64,000 bases of DNA from Eukaryota sp. GEM-RC1. Lineage: Eukaryota. Under the pieces are notes generated by a model, which worked only from the letters and a program-made list of their open reading frames with translations, was not told where the DNA came from and ran no database searches. A program made the translations under genes and the position numbers. The first letter of the stretch is position 1, and the number at the start of each line of letters is the position of its first letter. This document shows, one piece after another, positions 37,456 to 51,223 of this stretch. The DNA is taken from NCBI GenBank assembly GCA_040285855.1, contig JAUFOQ010000003.1:806001-870000 (forward strand), read 5' to 3'.

Positions 37456-39879
37456 ATGCCTTCATCGGGATCTCCAGAAGAACTTACACCTTATACTACA
37501 TGCTCACAAGATCAAAATGGATGTGTTTCTGATTTCTTTTCCTTTACATATGATCATGTCTACAAAGTTCTTTGCTCGTTTCAACAAGCTTACATTCTCA
37601 CAGACACAGTCATTGTGTATGGCAGTATCAAGTTCCACTGTCATTCTTCCATCATCACCCCATTTAGTTCCGTTCTAAAGGAAAAGCTTCTTCAGTCTTC
37701 GACTCTAGAGCTATCATCAATGTCCTCCGATATAGACTCTGAGCTTCTCCTGTCAGTTCTCAACACTTTCTATGGCCACAGTCTTCCAATTTCCACCCAA
37801 TCTGTCCCTATGTTTTCCTTTATTGCTTCTCTTCTTCAGTACCATGAGTTGAATGATTTCCTTGATGATAGAATGAGCAATGGCCTCAAGCACTTGGATA
37901 GCAACAATTTTAAATTGGATCCAAAAACTTGTATTTCAAAGTTTGTTGAATCTTGTCCTCATGATGTACGTGTTTCTTACAAAAACACTGATATCATGAT
38001 GAATTCGTTAAATTTGACTCTATTCTCAAGAACTTTCTTGACTTCTTCTTCACAAACCTGCACTAACAGCTCTGTCAAAAGGTTTCAATATTTTGATGAA
38101 TTTCCTGGTGTTTCAGAAGATAATTTAGTGGCGTTTTTCAATTTATTCCATTACCAGGCAATTAAGCTTAATTTTTTAAACTTGTTGGATTTTTTACAAT
38201 TGTCCAAATATTTCCAAGTTGATCAGCTTCAATTGACTTGTGAACAATTTCTTGCTAGCAACAGGTTTTCTGAAACAGAATTGATCTATATACTCAAAAT
38301 TTCAAATCAACGATATTTGTACAAATTCGTAGAAAACAATATTGAGATTTTCAAAAATCTTTCCCATATTTGTGAATATCCTATTCCATTAAGAATTTCT
38401 TTCATAATTCTGCTACTTCCATTTATTGATGTTGTTTGGTTATTCAGATGCTTAATGAAACTTCACAAAGTTGATCCATTCTCGCCATCAGAATTGTCTG
38501 AAATATTATTTTCGTTGGTAATTTCCGATTCTGAATGTTCTCAAATTTTTGAAATTTTGAAACCTCTTTTCAATATTCACAGTTTACTTCAATTTTAATC
38601 GAATGGTCGATAGAGATTTTCCAAAGAGTTGAGAATTTTGAATTAATTACATCGTCGTGGTTTGTTAACATTTTATGCGAAGTTGATCAAAATCATTCAT
38701 TTGCCAAACATTTAACTTTTCTATCTGATATTTTCACCTCTGTAATTTCTCCATGCTGTTTGAACGATCACTCCAATTATTGCTTCTCATTTACTTGTCT
38801 TGAATTTCTTTGTTCAAAACTCCCTGGTAAATATTGTTTATGGTTAGCAAGAAGTCTTGTGAATTCTTGGAAGAGAGAAAAAACACTCTAACTATCAACT
38901 GTCTGTTGATGTATTTGCGAAATGTGTGCAGTCTATGACAGTCAATGATTCCAACTTGCTAGATTATTTGAAATTGTTGATGGAATTAAATTCCGATGAA
39001 ACACTTGGTATTTTCATCAATTCGTATGTAGCAAAATTTTCATGTGATTTCTGGGAATCACGTGAAAAGGAGATCAAGTTGAAACCTCAACTTTTCTCCA
39101 GTGCATTGAATTATTTTCATGGCACTTATGTTGAACAGAATTACTACACAGCTTTTGCGTTGTTTCAAGAGTCAGCTATTATGAATAACGTTGAAGCTAT
39201 TTTTAAATTAGGAAATTGTTATTATTTAGGCTTGGGAGTTGGTAAGAATTTAAATTTAGCCGCTGAATATTTTAAAAATGCTGCAGAATTAGGCCATGTC
39301 TTTGGTATGGTTAATGTGGGATATTGTTACTACTGGGGGAAGGTCTTTTGGAAAACAAAAAAAGAAGCATTTGATTGGTTTAAAAAAGCAGCAGATTTAA
39401 ATAATTCCGAAAGTCTCTATTGGCTGTCTGACTGTTATAGACATGGGCACGGAACTAATCAGAATCTTGGTGAAAGTATTAGGTTGTTAAGAGCGGCAGT
39501 TGCTTTAGAACATCCGGGAGCAATGAACAGGTTAGGGATGTTGTATTATGAAGGTTTGGGGGTTGAAAAGGACATATATAAGGCGGTAAACTACTTCAAA
39601 TGGGCGATTGAGCGGAAATGTTCTTTTGCTATGAGAAACTTAGGTATAATGTATCAGAATGGAATTGGAGTGACCAAGAACTGTCACGAGGCTTTTCAAT
39701 TATTTGACAAATCAGCAGAATTGAATTATTCACATGGAATTAAATATTTGATTTCTTGTTACAAGAATGGAATTGGCACTGATGCTGACGTGATCAAGGC
39801 AAGGCATTGGGAAGAGAAGCTTGGAGAACTAAAGGGTTGTGTGGCAATTGATGAGTTAAAATGTCGAAGTTTGTTGTAG
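37456..39879 (+). CDS. BTB-BTB + Sel1-like repeat protein, copy 3 (frameshifted)
   Basis: Nearly identical to copy 1 from about aa 50 onward, including the 3' flank, with a different N-terminus. Confidence 0.8.
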
Positions 39880-40916
39880 ACAACGACTTTTCCTGGGAAA
39901 TCATCATTTCAAATATTTCAAATATTACTACTAATGTGATGAGTAGACTGGTTTTGTCTTCAATGATGACGTGGCAATCAAACAACCAAAACACGCACAA
40001 GTGCTGTTGACTAATCGTTATTTGTTTCTATCTGTTTTGCTACTTGCTAATTTGGTCATTGGAAAAGATCAGTTTAATATCGTTGGTTCTATTGTTTGTT
40101 ATAGTTATGGGTTTTCTATATTGTTGTCAAATGAATGTCAGCTAAACGAAGTTCCTCTTCATAGAATTTTCTGAATTCTTGATGGAAATCTTACAAGTGT
40201 TATTTGTTACTGACCGGTTTGTTCAAGAATCTAATGTTATTTTCTTGTCTAAAAATATATGGCTGATTTTTTTTTCTTTTAGCGTCTAATTTTTAGAAGT
40301 TTGATCTGATGACAAAAGGTTTCTGTAGATCTTGTTCTGTTCCTTTGGGTTTGCTCTTTCTATTACCAGTACATCAATAGCGTAGTTATTGTGTCAAAAC
40401 AATTCCGATTTTTATCTCAATTTCAACCAAACAAGCCCAAAAATGAGATGAAAAACGAAAAAATCAGATCTGATAGAAGGCAATAAATAACCAATAATGT
40501 ATAACCTGAAATATAGAGATTATGGCATTGGTTGATGAATTCTTGACCTCTTTGTAAATTCAATTTTTTGGAACAGTTGTCAATAATAATTAAGCAAATA
40601 AAACTAAGCAAATAAAATGACCATAACATTATGTTCTCTTAAAATCTATAATGTAGTCTACAGATAAAGTCAATTTAGTGTCTGTTGTTGATTCAACACA
40701 TACCCGAAAAACCCGCTTTGATATGATACATCACAAAAAACAGAAAAATATAGAATACAACCACAAAAACACAAAAAATGAAGATCCAGTGACGTGCCAA
40801 TCTTCAATCAAAATGAAGTCAATAAATACTGATGCATGTAGTATATATAAGAGATGACACTCTGCAGTGTTCGAAATTTCCCCTGTGCTGCTTAAAAGGA
40901 CACCGTGTCTTTGATG

Positions 40917-42747
40917 CAGGCTGGTAAAAAACGTTGCTCAAAAATAACAAACACCGTTTTTTTTCCGTTTTTTCCGTTTTTTCGAGGTTAATAAAAAACG
41001 TTCATCAGATCAACTTTTTCAACTGTTCACTTTTGCCTCTTCATCTTCATCAACCAAATCTTTTACAGTTCTATCATTGCAGCTATATTCTTTTGAGATT
41101 GGAAGGATAACACCATGAAGACGAAGTACATTGATCATCTAACGATGATCACGTGATCAGGACGGGAAGACAACAACGTATACGCAACAAGAACACTGTT
41201 CGAGTGTATTTGAAGGTAGTTTCACTCAGATACAGAACCAAAGAGCATATACTGTACCAGTAATAGTGTCACCAATTAATACTCTTGCCTTGTTTCAGTC
41301 TTGCTTGGTCAGAAACAACACACATAAAATAACATCTGTCACATTAAGACAAAAGTGGAGTAGTAAGTCGTGCTTTTTGTGTCGATGCAGAATATAAAAA
41401 CATTGACAACAATCAAAAATTAAAATTATTTAAAGAGTTTATTTGCAACAATAAATTAATACATACTAATTCAGAAAATGAAAGAAGTTAAATTCTCCAC
41501 ATCAACACGAGAATTGTCCCTATACAACTTCGAATAAATGGAACATAAATACTTGGGAATGCTTCTATAAAGAGCGAACATAATTCGATTGATCCATACA
41601 GCGCTATTAAACACCTTGCCATTAGAACGACATAAATGACTAAAATCACTGAAAAACTTTAAACCGGCTGGACCAATATTACCAAAAATTGAAATGGCAA
41701 ATGGAACAAATGAAAACTTTGAATATAGATTTTCATTAAGCTTCTGCAAAGCATCCGCATAATTTGAACACTTTCGTTGTTCAGCCTTTTCCAGATGACC
41801 ATTCGAATCATTCAATATGGAGTCTTGGTAGACTTTTGCAAACGGGTCAACTGTAGTAAAATCAACCACAACTTGAGATGAATCCAGGAAAGGAGCAATT
41901 AAGTCACCACGTCGAGAATCAAACACGTTATTGTCACTATAATGTTTCAGAAGAGGTTCAATTTTACAACTATAATTGTAGGATTTGAACATTTCATAAG
42001 TAACGTCACGAACAGCGTTATGTAGAACAGATCGAAATTGCAAAGATTTCTTGCAACTAACAACATGACGAAATGTGGCTGTAGCTCGGTTATCGCAAAC
42101 ACAGATTGAATTATTTAGCAAACCACTAGGGAATAAACCTAAACGAAGACGCATATTTTGCTTCCAAGCATCATTGTTCAAATGTAAACCAAAAGGTCGA
42201 GGTTGTTGAGTGATGAAGCTAGAACATTGTTGAATGTCATAAAAAAGCTGCAAAGACGGGATTATCAATCTTAGTCACACTAAGTCTTTTACTACAATCC
42301 AAGTCTTCCAACCCAAGTAATGTAGCATTCTGTAATTTAACTACAGCAAGAGGTAGAAATTCAATTGACCGATCAGGAATAGATGAAACACTTTTCGGGA
42401 AACTTTTGTTCCAAACTTCAATAGGCAAACCTTGAACTAAGTCCTCCAAAGAGTTCAATAAAGCGTAAGAGCCGTCTACAACTGAATCGAAAATATTTTC
42501 GAATTGAAGCTTACTCTCAAAAGAAAGTTCTTCATACCACCAACGAAAGCACTTTTACATAAATACTGAGCTCTTGAAAAACCAACACCACCAAATTTTG
42601 AACTGAAAAAGGCATGATAAGGAATTTTGGAACTATTGATTTCAACCAAATTCCCTAAAAATTGAGTTCTCAAAGAGTTGAACTCAATCAAAAACGTCGT
42701 TTTTTTCAAAATACGTTTTAAACGGTTTTTATCAAGTGGCAAGCCTG
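40917..42747. mobile_element. Non-autonomous hAT-like TIR element containing a retroelement fragment
   Basis: Termini CAGGCT...AGCCTG; 8-bp TSD ctttgatg at 40909-40916 and 42748-42755; AAAACG/CGTTTT subterminal repeats at both ends. Confidence 0.7.
41471..42690 (-). mobile_element. 5'-truncated RLE-type (CRE-like) non-LTR retrotransposon, best-preserved copy
   Basis: GGVGF end-of-RT motif, MRLRLG, CVC...HVVSC..H, IEP, RGDL, VDFTTVDP, AEQRKCSNY and FVPFAISIFG. Confidence 0.8.
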
Positions 42748-43064
42748 CTTTGATGTGTCTTTTGGGTGTTTTTGCGTGTTTTTATTTTGAAAAAAAATTC
42801 TGATTCAGGGTGCAGAGTTTGATTTCTTTTGGGCCAATTCTTGCCTTTATCTGACAGCTCATCACTGAATTTTGGTTTTTGTGGTTCTGTTGAGTTGAAT
42901 TGGTGTTCTAGGTTTGTTTGACAGTGCATCCGACTTGGGATCCGAAAATCCAAGTCAACCTTGGACTTGGACTCGAGTCAACTTGAACTTCGACTCAAGT
43001 CAAGTCGAAGTCAAGTCGAAACATGGAGACTCAAGTCAAGTTTTGCCTCTATCTTTGCTTCTCA

Positions 43065-43450
43065 TGACTTCGACCCGTTTGTGGATTCTCACAATCCAAA
43101 GTACTGTACGACTCTTTTTCTTCAATGAGAATCTGTCTGATCGGCAGATTCTCTTCGATGAAGAACTTATCTACGTCAACCGCAACGTTTTTGCTCTCAA
43201 CTGCAAGTTGTTCCATCATGTATGGTACTTAGACTTCTCGACACACGAGAGCTTGTGATCTTTCAAATCTCCCTGTTTCCTCCTCTTCTCTAACACTGTT
43301 CTTACGTTCTCTCTATGGTCAAAACACTGGTATCGATAGGCGTTCTCTGATCATATTGTCAGAACAAATAGATTGTCTGTTCGACACTTTCCTTCTTCTT
43401 GGTAATATCAAACAGAAAGATTCTGGAGTGTTCCTGACAACCAGTTCCTT
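43065..43450 (+). pseudogene. BTB-domain fragment
   Basis: FFNENLSDRQILF...VNRNVFALNCKLFHHVW..F, followed after a frameshift by FLRSLYG. Confidence 0.4.
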
Positions 43451-43663
43451 GGTGATCACTTTTTGATTATATTTGATTGAACCGTATAGTGGTAATCAGC
43501 ACCACTGCCGGCTTTTTCTGTTGTTGAAGAGTAGTAGTACCTCACCATAAGTTGACATCTTTGAAATTTTTATTTGATTTAATTTGGCTTTGAAGATGAT
43601 GAAAGCAATTTACTTCATCGTTATTCGATACAGATTTATTGAATCTTAAAATTATTAATTTTT

Positions 43664-45045
43664 TTAAGCTATTGAATTTTTTTTCGGATTAAGTAAACAG
43701 TTACAGGGAAAGGCAAATAAGAACTGCTGAAAGTGATCAAAAGCATTTTGAGTAGAACGACCTGAAGAAACATCGTTCCCTCTATCAAGATAACTGAGAG
43801 ACATTCCATGATCTCCCATAAGATTATCTAGGGTCACATCATACTCTACCATCACATTCACGATTTCCTACTCTACTAGATCTTCTTCAAACTCAAACAC
43901 TGGTTCACCTACTAGTAATTCCCTTCCCTTTAACAACTGTGTGTGAGTCCAGCAATTTTGGATAACACTTTTCTCTACATGCTTCCATCCAGAAGTAACT
44001 AACTGGACGGCATCAAATGCACTAAATTGCTTCATGTCAGGTGTCTCTCCCTTGATAACTTGCTGTAACCAGAATTCCGCCATACCTCTCTTGTAATAAC
44101 ATTTCAAACTTCGGATGATTCCTTGATCGAGTTGTTGCAACAACGCCGTTGTGTTGGGAGACCAAAACGCCAGCCTTAAATGGCTATACCTTACTGAAAT
44201 CTTATGAGAAGGAACGTTGTCAACTAGAAGCACAACTCTTCGATTTTCTCTAGACACCTTGTTGTTTAGTTCCACGCAGTATTCTTCAAATAGTGCCCGT
44301 GTCATGTAGCCCTTTGAGTTGTACTTATATATAACAATACTTCCCTCTGAAAGTGACTGGTCGTTGTGCTTGGTCCGACCATTAATTGTAACATTTTTTC
44401 TCCTACACTACTCCCAGTGACAGCTAAAGTTACACGATGCTGAATCTGTTTCCATCCATGTACTTTCTTACAACTTGTTACGGTTTTTGTAGGAATTCCT
44501 CTCCAAAAGAGCAATGTTTCATCCATATTGAGTATGTTTTCTGGAGGGTATTCCAACAAAGTTTCTTGAAGTTTAGCGATTGCTTCTTTATGGTCTTCCA
44601 AAGATACTGATGTCGATTCCCCTGACCGTATTCTCATTCTTAACTCACGGCGACGTTCAAATTTGGCTATCCAGCCTTTCGATACCTTGAAGTTTGCTTT
44701 TGGTATCTTGAGTCTTCTATCTATGCGTTTTGCCACTTCAGTCACAATAAAATCAGTTAGTACCGCCTTGCCGTCCACTCTATCAATAAAATCGCACATG
44801 ATTGCTTCTAGAAGGGGGTATTTTACTTTGTGTTGCGTTTTATGTTTACCAGGTGAAGGTTCTGGCCCACTAATCATTCTGGAAAGTGTTTTAGGTGTTG
44901 GGTTGAGATGAAACTCTTTTCGATGTAATTAAGGAGATCATCTGGAGCGAGTTCATTGTAGCGAGCTAGTTGCTAGATCCAGCGTTTTTCGTCGTAAGAA
45001 AGATGGCAACGTCTGTTATCTACTACCTTGGCGAGCTTTACAGAA
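43664..45045 (-). mobile_element. Degenerate pogo/Tigger-type transposase (HTH, CENP-B-like HTH, DDE_1), interrupted upstream by the Gypsy element
   Basis: KYPLLE, FKVSKGWIAKF, NMDET, LLVDNVPSH, PNTTALLQQLDQGIIRSLK and IQNCW motifs. Confidence 0.88.
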
Positions 45046-45049
45046 GAAG

Positions 45050-45133
45050 TGATGCTTTGTGTTAGAAGACATACGAAAGTATGGAGTCAAATTAAGATAG
45101 TTTATGATTGCTATTAGCTATTATATACTTACA
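45050..45133 (-). repeat. 3' LTR (84 bp)
   Basis: Preceded on the minus strand by the purine tract GAAGAAGGAGAAGAAGTAG, which includes the pol stop codon. Confidence 0.93.
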
Positions 45134-48100
45134 CTACTTCTTCTCCTTCTTCGAGCCAACGCTTCTTCGAGTTCTCTTTGCTATTGGGGTTTTATTAGGT
45201 TTAGCTTTGGATGAGGTTCTCTTTCTGGGACTCGATGGAGGATTATTATTATTTTTCATGAACTCAACATAAGCTTTAGTGTTTTTAATGCTAGAAGAAG
45301 CAACTGTTGTGATATCACCGCCATACCACAGAACAGAACACATAAGTCCTTCATGTGAGTGGAACTGTTCCAACACTTGGATGATGACATGTTCTTCCTT
45401 ATCACCTGCTGCAACTTGTTGATGTATTCCATGGTTAGATGGAAGGTCAGAGTTATACAGCATGCATTGATGTACACTGGCTTGGGACTCAACGCCAGAT
45501 ACGAGGTTCTTGATTTTCAAGGATGATGGTGAAGGGATCTCGATGACCAGGAATGGGCCAGAGTGTTTGCCATGAAGCTTTGTAGCAGTCTTAGAGGATC
45601 TGAGAATCAGATCGCCAATTACAAATGGATTTGATTTATTGGACTTAGGGGGTCTCTTTGACGATTGATTGCTACTTGCTGATTCCTGCTTTTCCTTTAT
45701 TCTCTCGTTTTTTCTTTGAAGGTCTTCAATAAAAGGGATGCTTAAATTGGATGCTTCTAGAGCTTTGATTATGAGACTGGGATCTGCTTTAGGACCAAAA
45801 GAGGACCCAAACATGAGTTCATAGGGAGTGTGTTCGGTGTAACGGTTCTTGGTAGCGTTAAGCTGGAGTTGGACGAAGGGAATGTATTCAGCCCAGTTTT
45901 CGAATGTACCGAAGTCGATTAGGAAACGTTGAAGATTTCTTAAGACATCGCGATGACGTCTCTCGACTAGCCCGTTGCATTGAGAAAAATGTGGAATGGA
46001 CGTTGATTTTTCAATTGCCAGCAGTTGACATACTGCGTTGAATGTTGCGTTAGCAAATTCAGGACCGTTATCGCTGTGGATGGAGTAGGGGATACCAAAT
46101 ATACCACAAACGTTGAACACGAGTGCATAGGCAGCTTCTTTGGCGTTCAGATCGATTATTGGGACTAATATTGTGAATCTAGTGAAAGAATCTACGAATA
46201 CTAAGATAAAACGGTTACCGTCAGCATCAGGGGATAATGGACCAATAGTGTCAACATTGATTTTGGAGAAGGGCTTATCAGCCCAAAGGGAACCTGAGTG
46301 AGGGATTTGATCTCTTTTGATTGGAGAGGTCTTTTTGGCAAGAAGGGCAGTTCTTGATGTGATTGGTTAAATCATCTTTCATGTTTGGCCACCAGTAGTC
46401 GCTGTCGTTCAGAGTTTTGATAGACGTGGATAAACTGGGGTGACCGGATTGAACTAGTCCATGGATGTTTAGCAAGGTGGATTTCCTGAGGGACAACGGG
46501 ATCAGGATTTTTTTGTTGGGAGTTAGATATAACTGTACTCTATCGTTGAATGTTGTGTTGATGAAGAGAGGTTCGTTTGATTCGACTGCTTTACGCTGTT
46601 CGGAACGGATTCTGCTCAACCAATTGCTGAAAATTGGGAGGTCTCTTTGTGCAACTTCACGGAGACTGTTAATTGATGGGATGTTTGTGTGGTCAATTCT
46701 TGGAGTAGCTACTGGATCATCAGTGAGCTGAGCATCGGAATGCGAGGGGGAACTGCTGTGAGGACATAACCGTGAGAGCATGTCTGCCCAATGGTTGTCT
46801 ACTCCGGATGTGTGTACTATGTCGAATTGGTATTCTGATAGCACGAATAGCCAACTTTTGACCATTCTGTTCTTATCGGGACACGAGATAAGATATGCTA
46901 GGTTCTTGTGATCTGTGAAGATTGTAAGGTGTCTAGTCTTGAGGAAGTTTGCCAGACTCGATTCTGTTAAGATGAGGAGAATGGCATATAGCTCTTCTGG
47001 ATGGTTGCCCAGTTGAGCTGAGATTCGGTCAGTATTTTGCTGTAGAAACTTATAGGTTGAATCTTTCGTTCTATCAGCGGAGTACCTAAAGAACTTGGTC
47101 TAGTCTCATTCCAAATGACTCCTCCCACTGCTAGGTCAGAAGCGTCTGCGCTAATGAGGATGTTGCAATTGGGGCCAGGAAGGTCGAGGGGGATTTGATT
47201 GACTATCAAACTTTTGATTGAGTCGAAAGCCTGTTGATGATGGGGTTCCCATTTCACGCCTTTTGGTTTTCCTTTTGTTAGGGCAATGATAGGGGCTATC
47301 AACTTGGATATTCCTGGTAGCCAGTTTCTGATGTAGTTGATGGAGCCGACGAGGCTTCTGACATCTTTCACTGTCTTGGGAGTTGGAAATTCAAGAACAG
47401 CTTTGATTCTGACATCATCGATGAATCTGGCTTTGTTGTGGAAGATACTACCTAATATCTTGATTGGGTGTTTATAAGTTACAAACTTGCACTTATGGAG
47501 GCCGAGGGTTACTCTGGCAGATTGTGCTTTATTAAAAACTGCTCGAAGTCGAGTTATAAATTCATCGAACGCTGAAGCTATAACTATGATATCATCTAGA
47601 TAGATGAAGACTCCGTCCATTGCGAAGATCTCTGTCATCAGGTTTTGGAAAATTGCTGGTACATTTTTCAAGCCGAATGGAGCTCTGGTGAACGTGATTG
47701 TTCTGCCAGGGATTGATAAAGCAGTTTTGTCCATATCTTGAGGAGCAACTTTGAGTTGCCAGAAGGCTTTTGGGAGATCGAGGGTTGCAATGAAGTTTGC
47801 TGCTGGTAAGAATGTAATCACGTCAGCGATGTTGGGTAGGTCAGATGCTATTGGAACAGTTAGATCATTAACACCACCTGTACCACTGTAGTCTCCAGTC
47901 AGACGTGGTTTCCTATGATCAGGGTACGTGACGAGTACTACAGGGCTTGAGAACTTAGATTGGGGGGAAGACACTGCGAATCCTTGTTCGATAAGTTCAT
48001 CAAAGATGCCATTGGCAATCTTTAGTTTCTCAGGATTGAAGAAACGAGGTTTCCGTTTAACGACAGTTGATTCGTCATGGAAGGGGGATTCTCATTGGTG

Positions 48101-51100
48101 GACAATCAATTCCGTCAGGGTGTGGTGCTGATTGGAATATGATCCTGAACTCTTCTAAGAGGGATGACAGTTGTTGATTTAGAAGAGGATTGTCCAAAGT
48201 GATTGTGCAACCTGATTCAACTGGATTGAATGATGTAGAATGATCGGTGTCTCTGATTGATTTCATTGATGGAGGAGTGCTCATTAGGTGATCGAATTCT
48301 GATTCATCTTTCATGATGATGTTATGTTCTTTATCCAGTTTTATTACTAGACTGTCCTCTGTTAATAGCCCTAGTTTGTTTAATAAATCGATCCCGATGA
48401 GCATTGTTTGGGTACCTGTAACAATTGGGAATGGGTGATCTACAAACACTAGGTTAGCTGCGCTATTCAGTGTGAACGCAAGAACACCTTTGGCTGTGCC
48501 TAAGGACGATGTACGGTTTCCATCTGCAGTGATGTATGATAAAGTATCATGTGAAATCTTCATCTTGCAGGATTCGGCTAAATCGGATGTGATGACTGAG
48601 ATTTGTGCGCCTGAATCGATGGTTCCGGTTACTGGGACATCGTTAACCAATAAATTCAAATTTATGAAATTATTGTGGGGGTTGCTGTTTATACTCATGA
48701 CACGGGGTGTATCGTTGATTAGATCTCTGATAGGGTTGTTGAGTGATTGTGGAGATGTAGAGGTGTCTAAAAAATACAGATAGTTATCAGATTTATTACT
48801 ACGTTTACCTACGTGATTGCCTGAACGGCGTGTCTTTCGGCGGGGGTCTGTATTACCAGTATACAAAGGGGAGGATTTACATCCTGGCTTGGGACACATT
48901 TCTACAGCGTGGCCTGGTTCTTTACAATATTTGCATACGTTGGAATTAGGGGTGCTGGAAGTTGTAGGTTGGGACCTCTGGGCATGGGATTTACCATTCA
49001 ATTCCCGACCACGACGTTTTTTCTGTCTGTGGGAGTGGTGAGCATCATCGTCACTGTCTGACGCAAAACCTCTTGAAAATTATAATACCTTGGAAAGGTG
49101 GGGACGAGGGACGCTTGAATGCCTAATGTCGGCGATTCCACTGTCGGTGAGGGGGAGGGGTGGAGATTCTTGTATCATCCAAGATACGTTGGTCAGCTAA
49201 GGCAAGACTGGCTGGATCCAAGTTTGGGTGTTAACGATCCTTGATGTTCTTGATGATCTCGTTTGTGGTGTATTCTTTGAATATTTCCTTGTCCTTGAAA
49301 AAATACTCGACGTCATGGAAAACGATGGGGATTCCAACGTTCCTTGCGAAATGTTTCATCATGAGCCGAACGTCAAAGCTGTATGAATGCTTTTCGTCGA
49401 TGGGGATGAGAGTGCAGGCGTTGGCAACTCTGGTGAAACGACGTAGATAATCGTCCCACCGTTCCCGATTGGACCTGAACGATCTGTTCGTTGACCAGTC
49501 CATCATACAGTTAGCAATCAAGGCTTCTCCTTGACGAGGATTTTCGGCCTGTGTGTTCAAGATGATACGTTCCCAGATGTACCAATTGTTCAAAAATGTG
49601 GGGATAGTCCCATCATTCTTCCAGGAGGTGAGGATCATTGGATCAACATGCAGCTGTAAGCCGCGGATGTCCACGTTCAAGAGGAGGTCTCTTGCGAGGT
49701 CCAATCCATGGAGGGGCTCACCATGAGTTGGTTTGTTGATTAAGAGTTGATCTTCAAACGGGGAAAGGAGTTCATCCATGGTTTTAGGATCAGCTATTGA
49801 TCGCCAAGCTTGCACTTGGTTTTCTAAGTCATGGAGATGCTTAGCAGCATCAATGCCACGTCCTCTAGCTCTGGAGTATCTTCTCCATTCAAGAGCGAAG
49901 TTGTAGCATGAAAGGGGATCCGTTTTCTGGAGGTACGGGGGTTTGAGCTTAGCTTCCCGGCGAGATTCTTTCTCAAGCTCGGAAGGCTGCGTTCTGGGGA
50001 GAGATGTGGCGGATTGCAGATTCGGTGAATCCGGCTGGATCCTCGACAGAGGAAAAATCGAATCTGGAGGTGGAGAAGGCCGATGGCAGAGCTATACTTG
50101 GCAACTGATCATCAGTACCGATAGTCTGGATGCTGCCTGCTGTGACCTTTTTCTTGGGTTTCACCGGAGAAATAACTGGATGTGAGGGTTGTTTCTTCCT
50201 ATCAGCCCTGACTTCGCTGATAAGTTCTAACATTGAGAGCTTCAACTCATGATTTTCTCGAATGAGGCGCTCAATCATTTTGTCACCAGTTTCATTGGGA
50301 ACCGACTTGGAGGAAGGAGGGGGAAGTCCGTCGTCTGAACTGACGTCTACTAGAGAAGCTGGACTAACTTCCACTAGAGATGAGCTACTACTTTCCGGAC
50401 TAGTAACATGGAGGTCTGTCAAAGTGAGGTCTTCCTCATCATACGATGGGATATACTTGTTGATCAGACTGTTAGTAGCCGTACTCGTTAGCTTACGGAA
50501 CATGGGGGAGCCTCTGTCTTTCTTGGGTCTGGATTTGGACCTTGAGACAGGCTTTGATCTACCCAACTTCTTCCCGACCTTCTTACCTTTGTTGGGGGAA
50601 GTTTTGATGTGGGAAGTTCTCGTATCTATTTCTGGAGAGATGTTGGGAGTACCTCCATCCTTGTCAGGAGAGGATTTGGTACCTCCATCCTTGTCAGGAG
50701 AGGATTTGGTACCTCCATCCTTGTCAGGAGAGGGTTTCGTACCTCCATCCGTTTCAGGAGAGGATTTGGTACCTCCATCCTTTTCAGGAGAGGGTTTGGT
50801 ACCTCCATCCTTTTCAGGAGAGGGTTTAGGAGTACCTCTATCCTTTTCAGGAGAGGGTTTAGGAGTACCTCCATCCTTTTCAGGAGAGGGTTTAGGAGTA
50901 CCTCTATCCTTTTCAGGAGAGGGTTTAGGAGTACCTCCATCCTTTTCAGGAGAGGATTTGGTACCTCTATCCTTTTCAGGAGAGGATTTGGAGGTGTCCG
51001 AAACACCGAGGGGAGAATGAACGGCAAAGTCGGATATTTCCGGCTCGGCAGACTGGGGCTTTCGCTTGGTTCTCTTCGAGGAGCCCTTGCTCTTTGGGAG

Positions 51101-51223
51101 GGGGAGATTCCCTAACCCTTCCGAAGAAGGTACTCCACCAAACAGAGCAGAGAATTCATCTGGGGTGAGTTTCTTCTTGGCATTAGAAGCCAATATATAT
51201 TGATGCTTTGTGTTAGAAGACAT
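45134..51223 (-). CDS. Gag-Pol polyprotein (fragmented by indels)
   Basis: Collinear ORFs 49973-51223, 49231-49815, 48075-49001, 46967-47974, 46278-46865 and 45134-46120. Confidence 0.85.
50645..50992 (-). repeat. Coding minisatellite in Gag, about 11 units of 30/33 bp encoding (P/S)SP(E/D)KD(G/R)GT(P)K
   Basis: Directly visible tandem units. Confidence 0.95.

Noticed and set aside
42920..43045. GACTCAAGTC-type short repeat cluster after CAGTG
   Set aside because: Probably one end of another TIR element, but the partner end and TSD were not identified.
50262..51115. Long antisense and alternative-frame ORFs over Gag
   Set aside because: By-product of a stop-free minisatellite with unit lengths divisible by 3.
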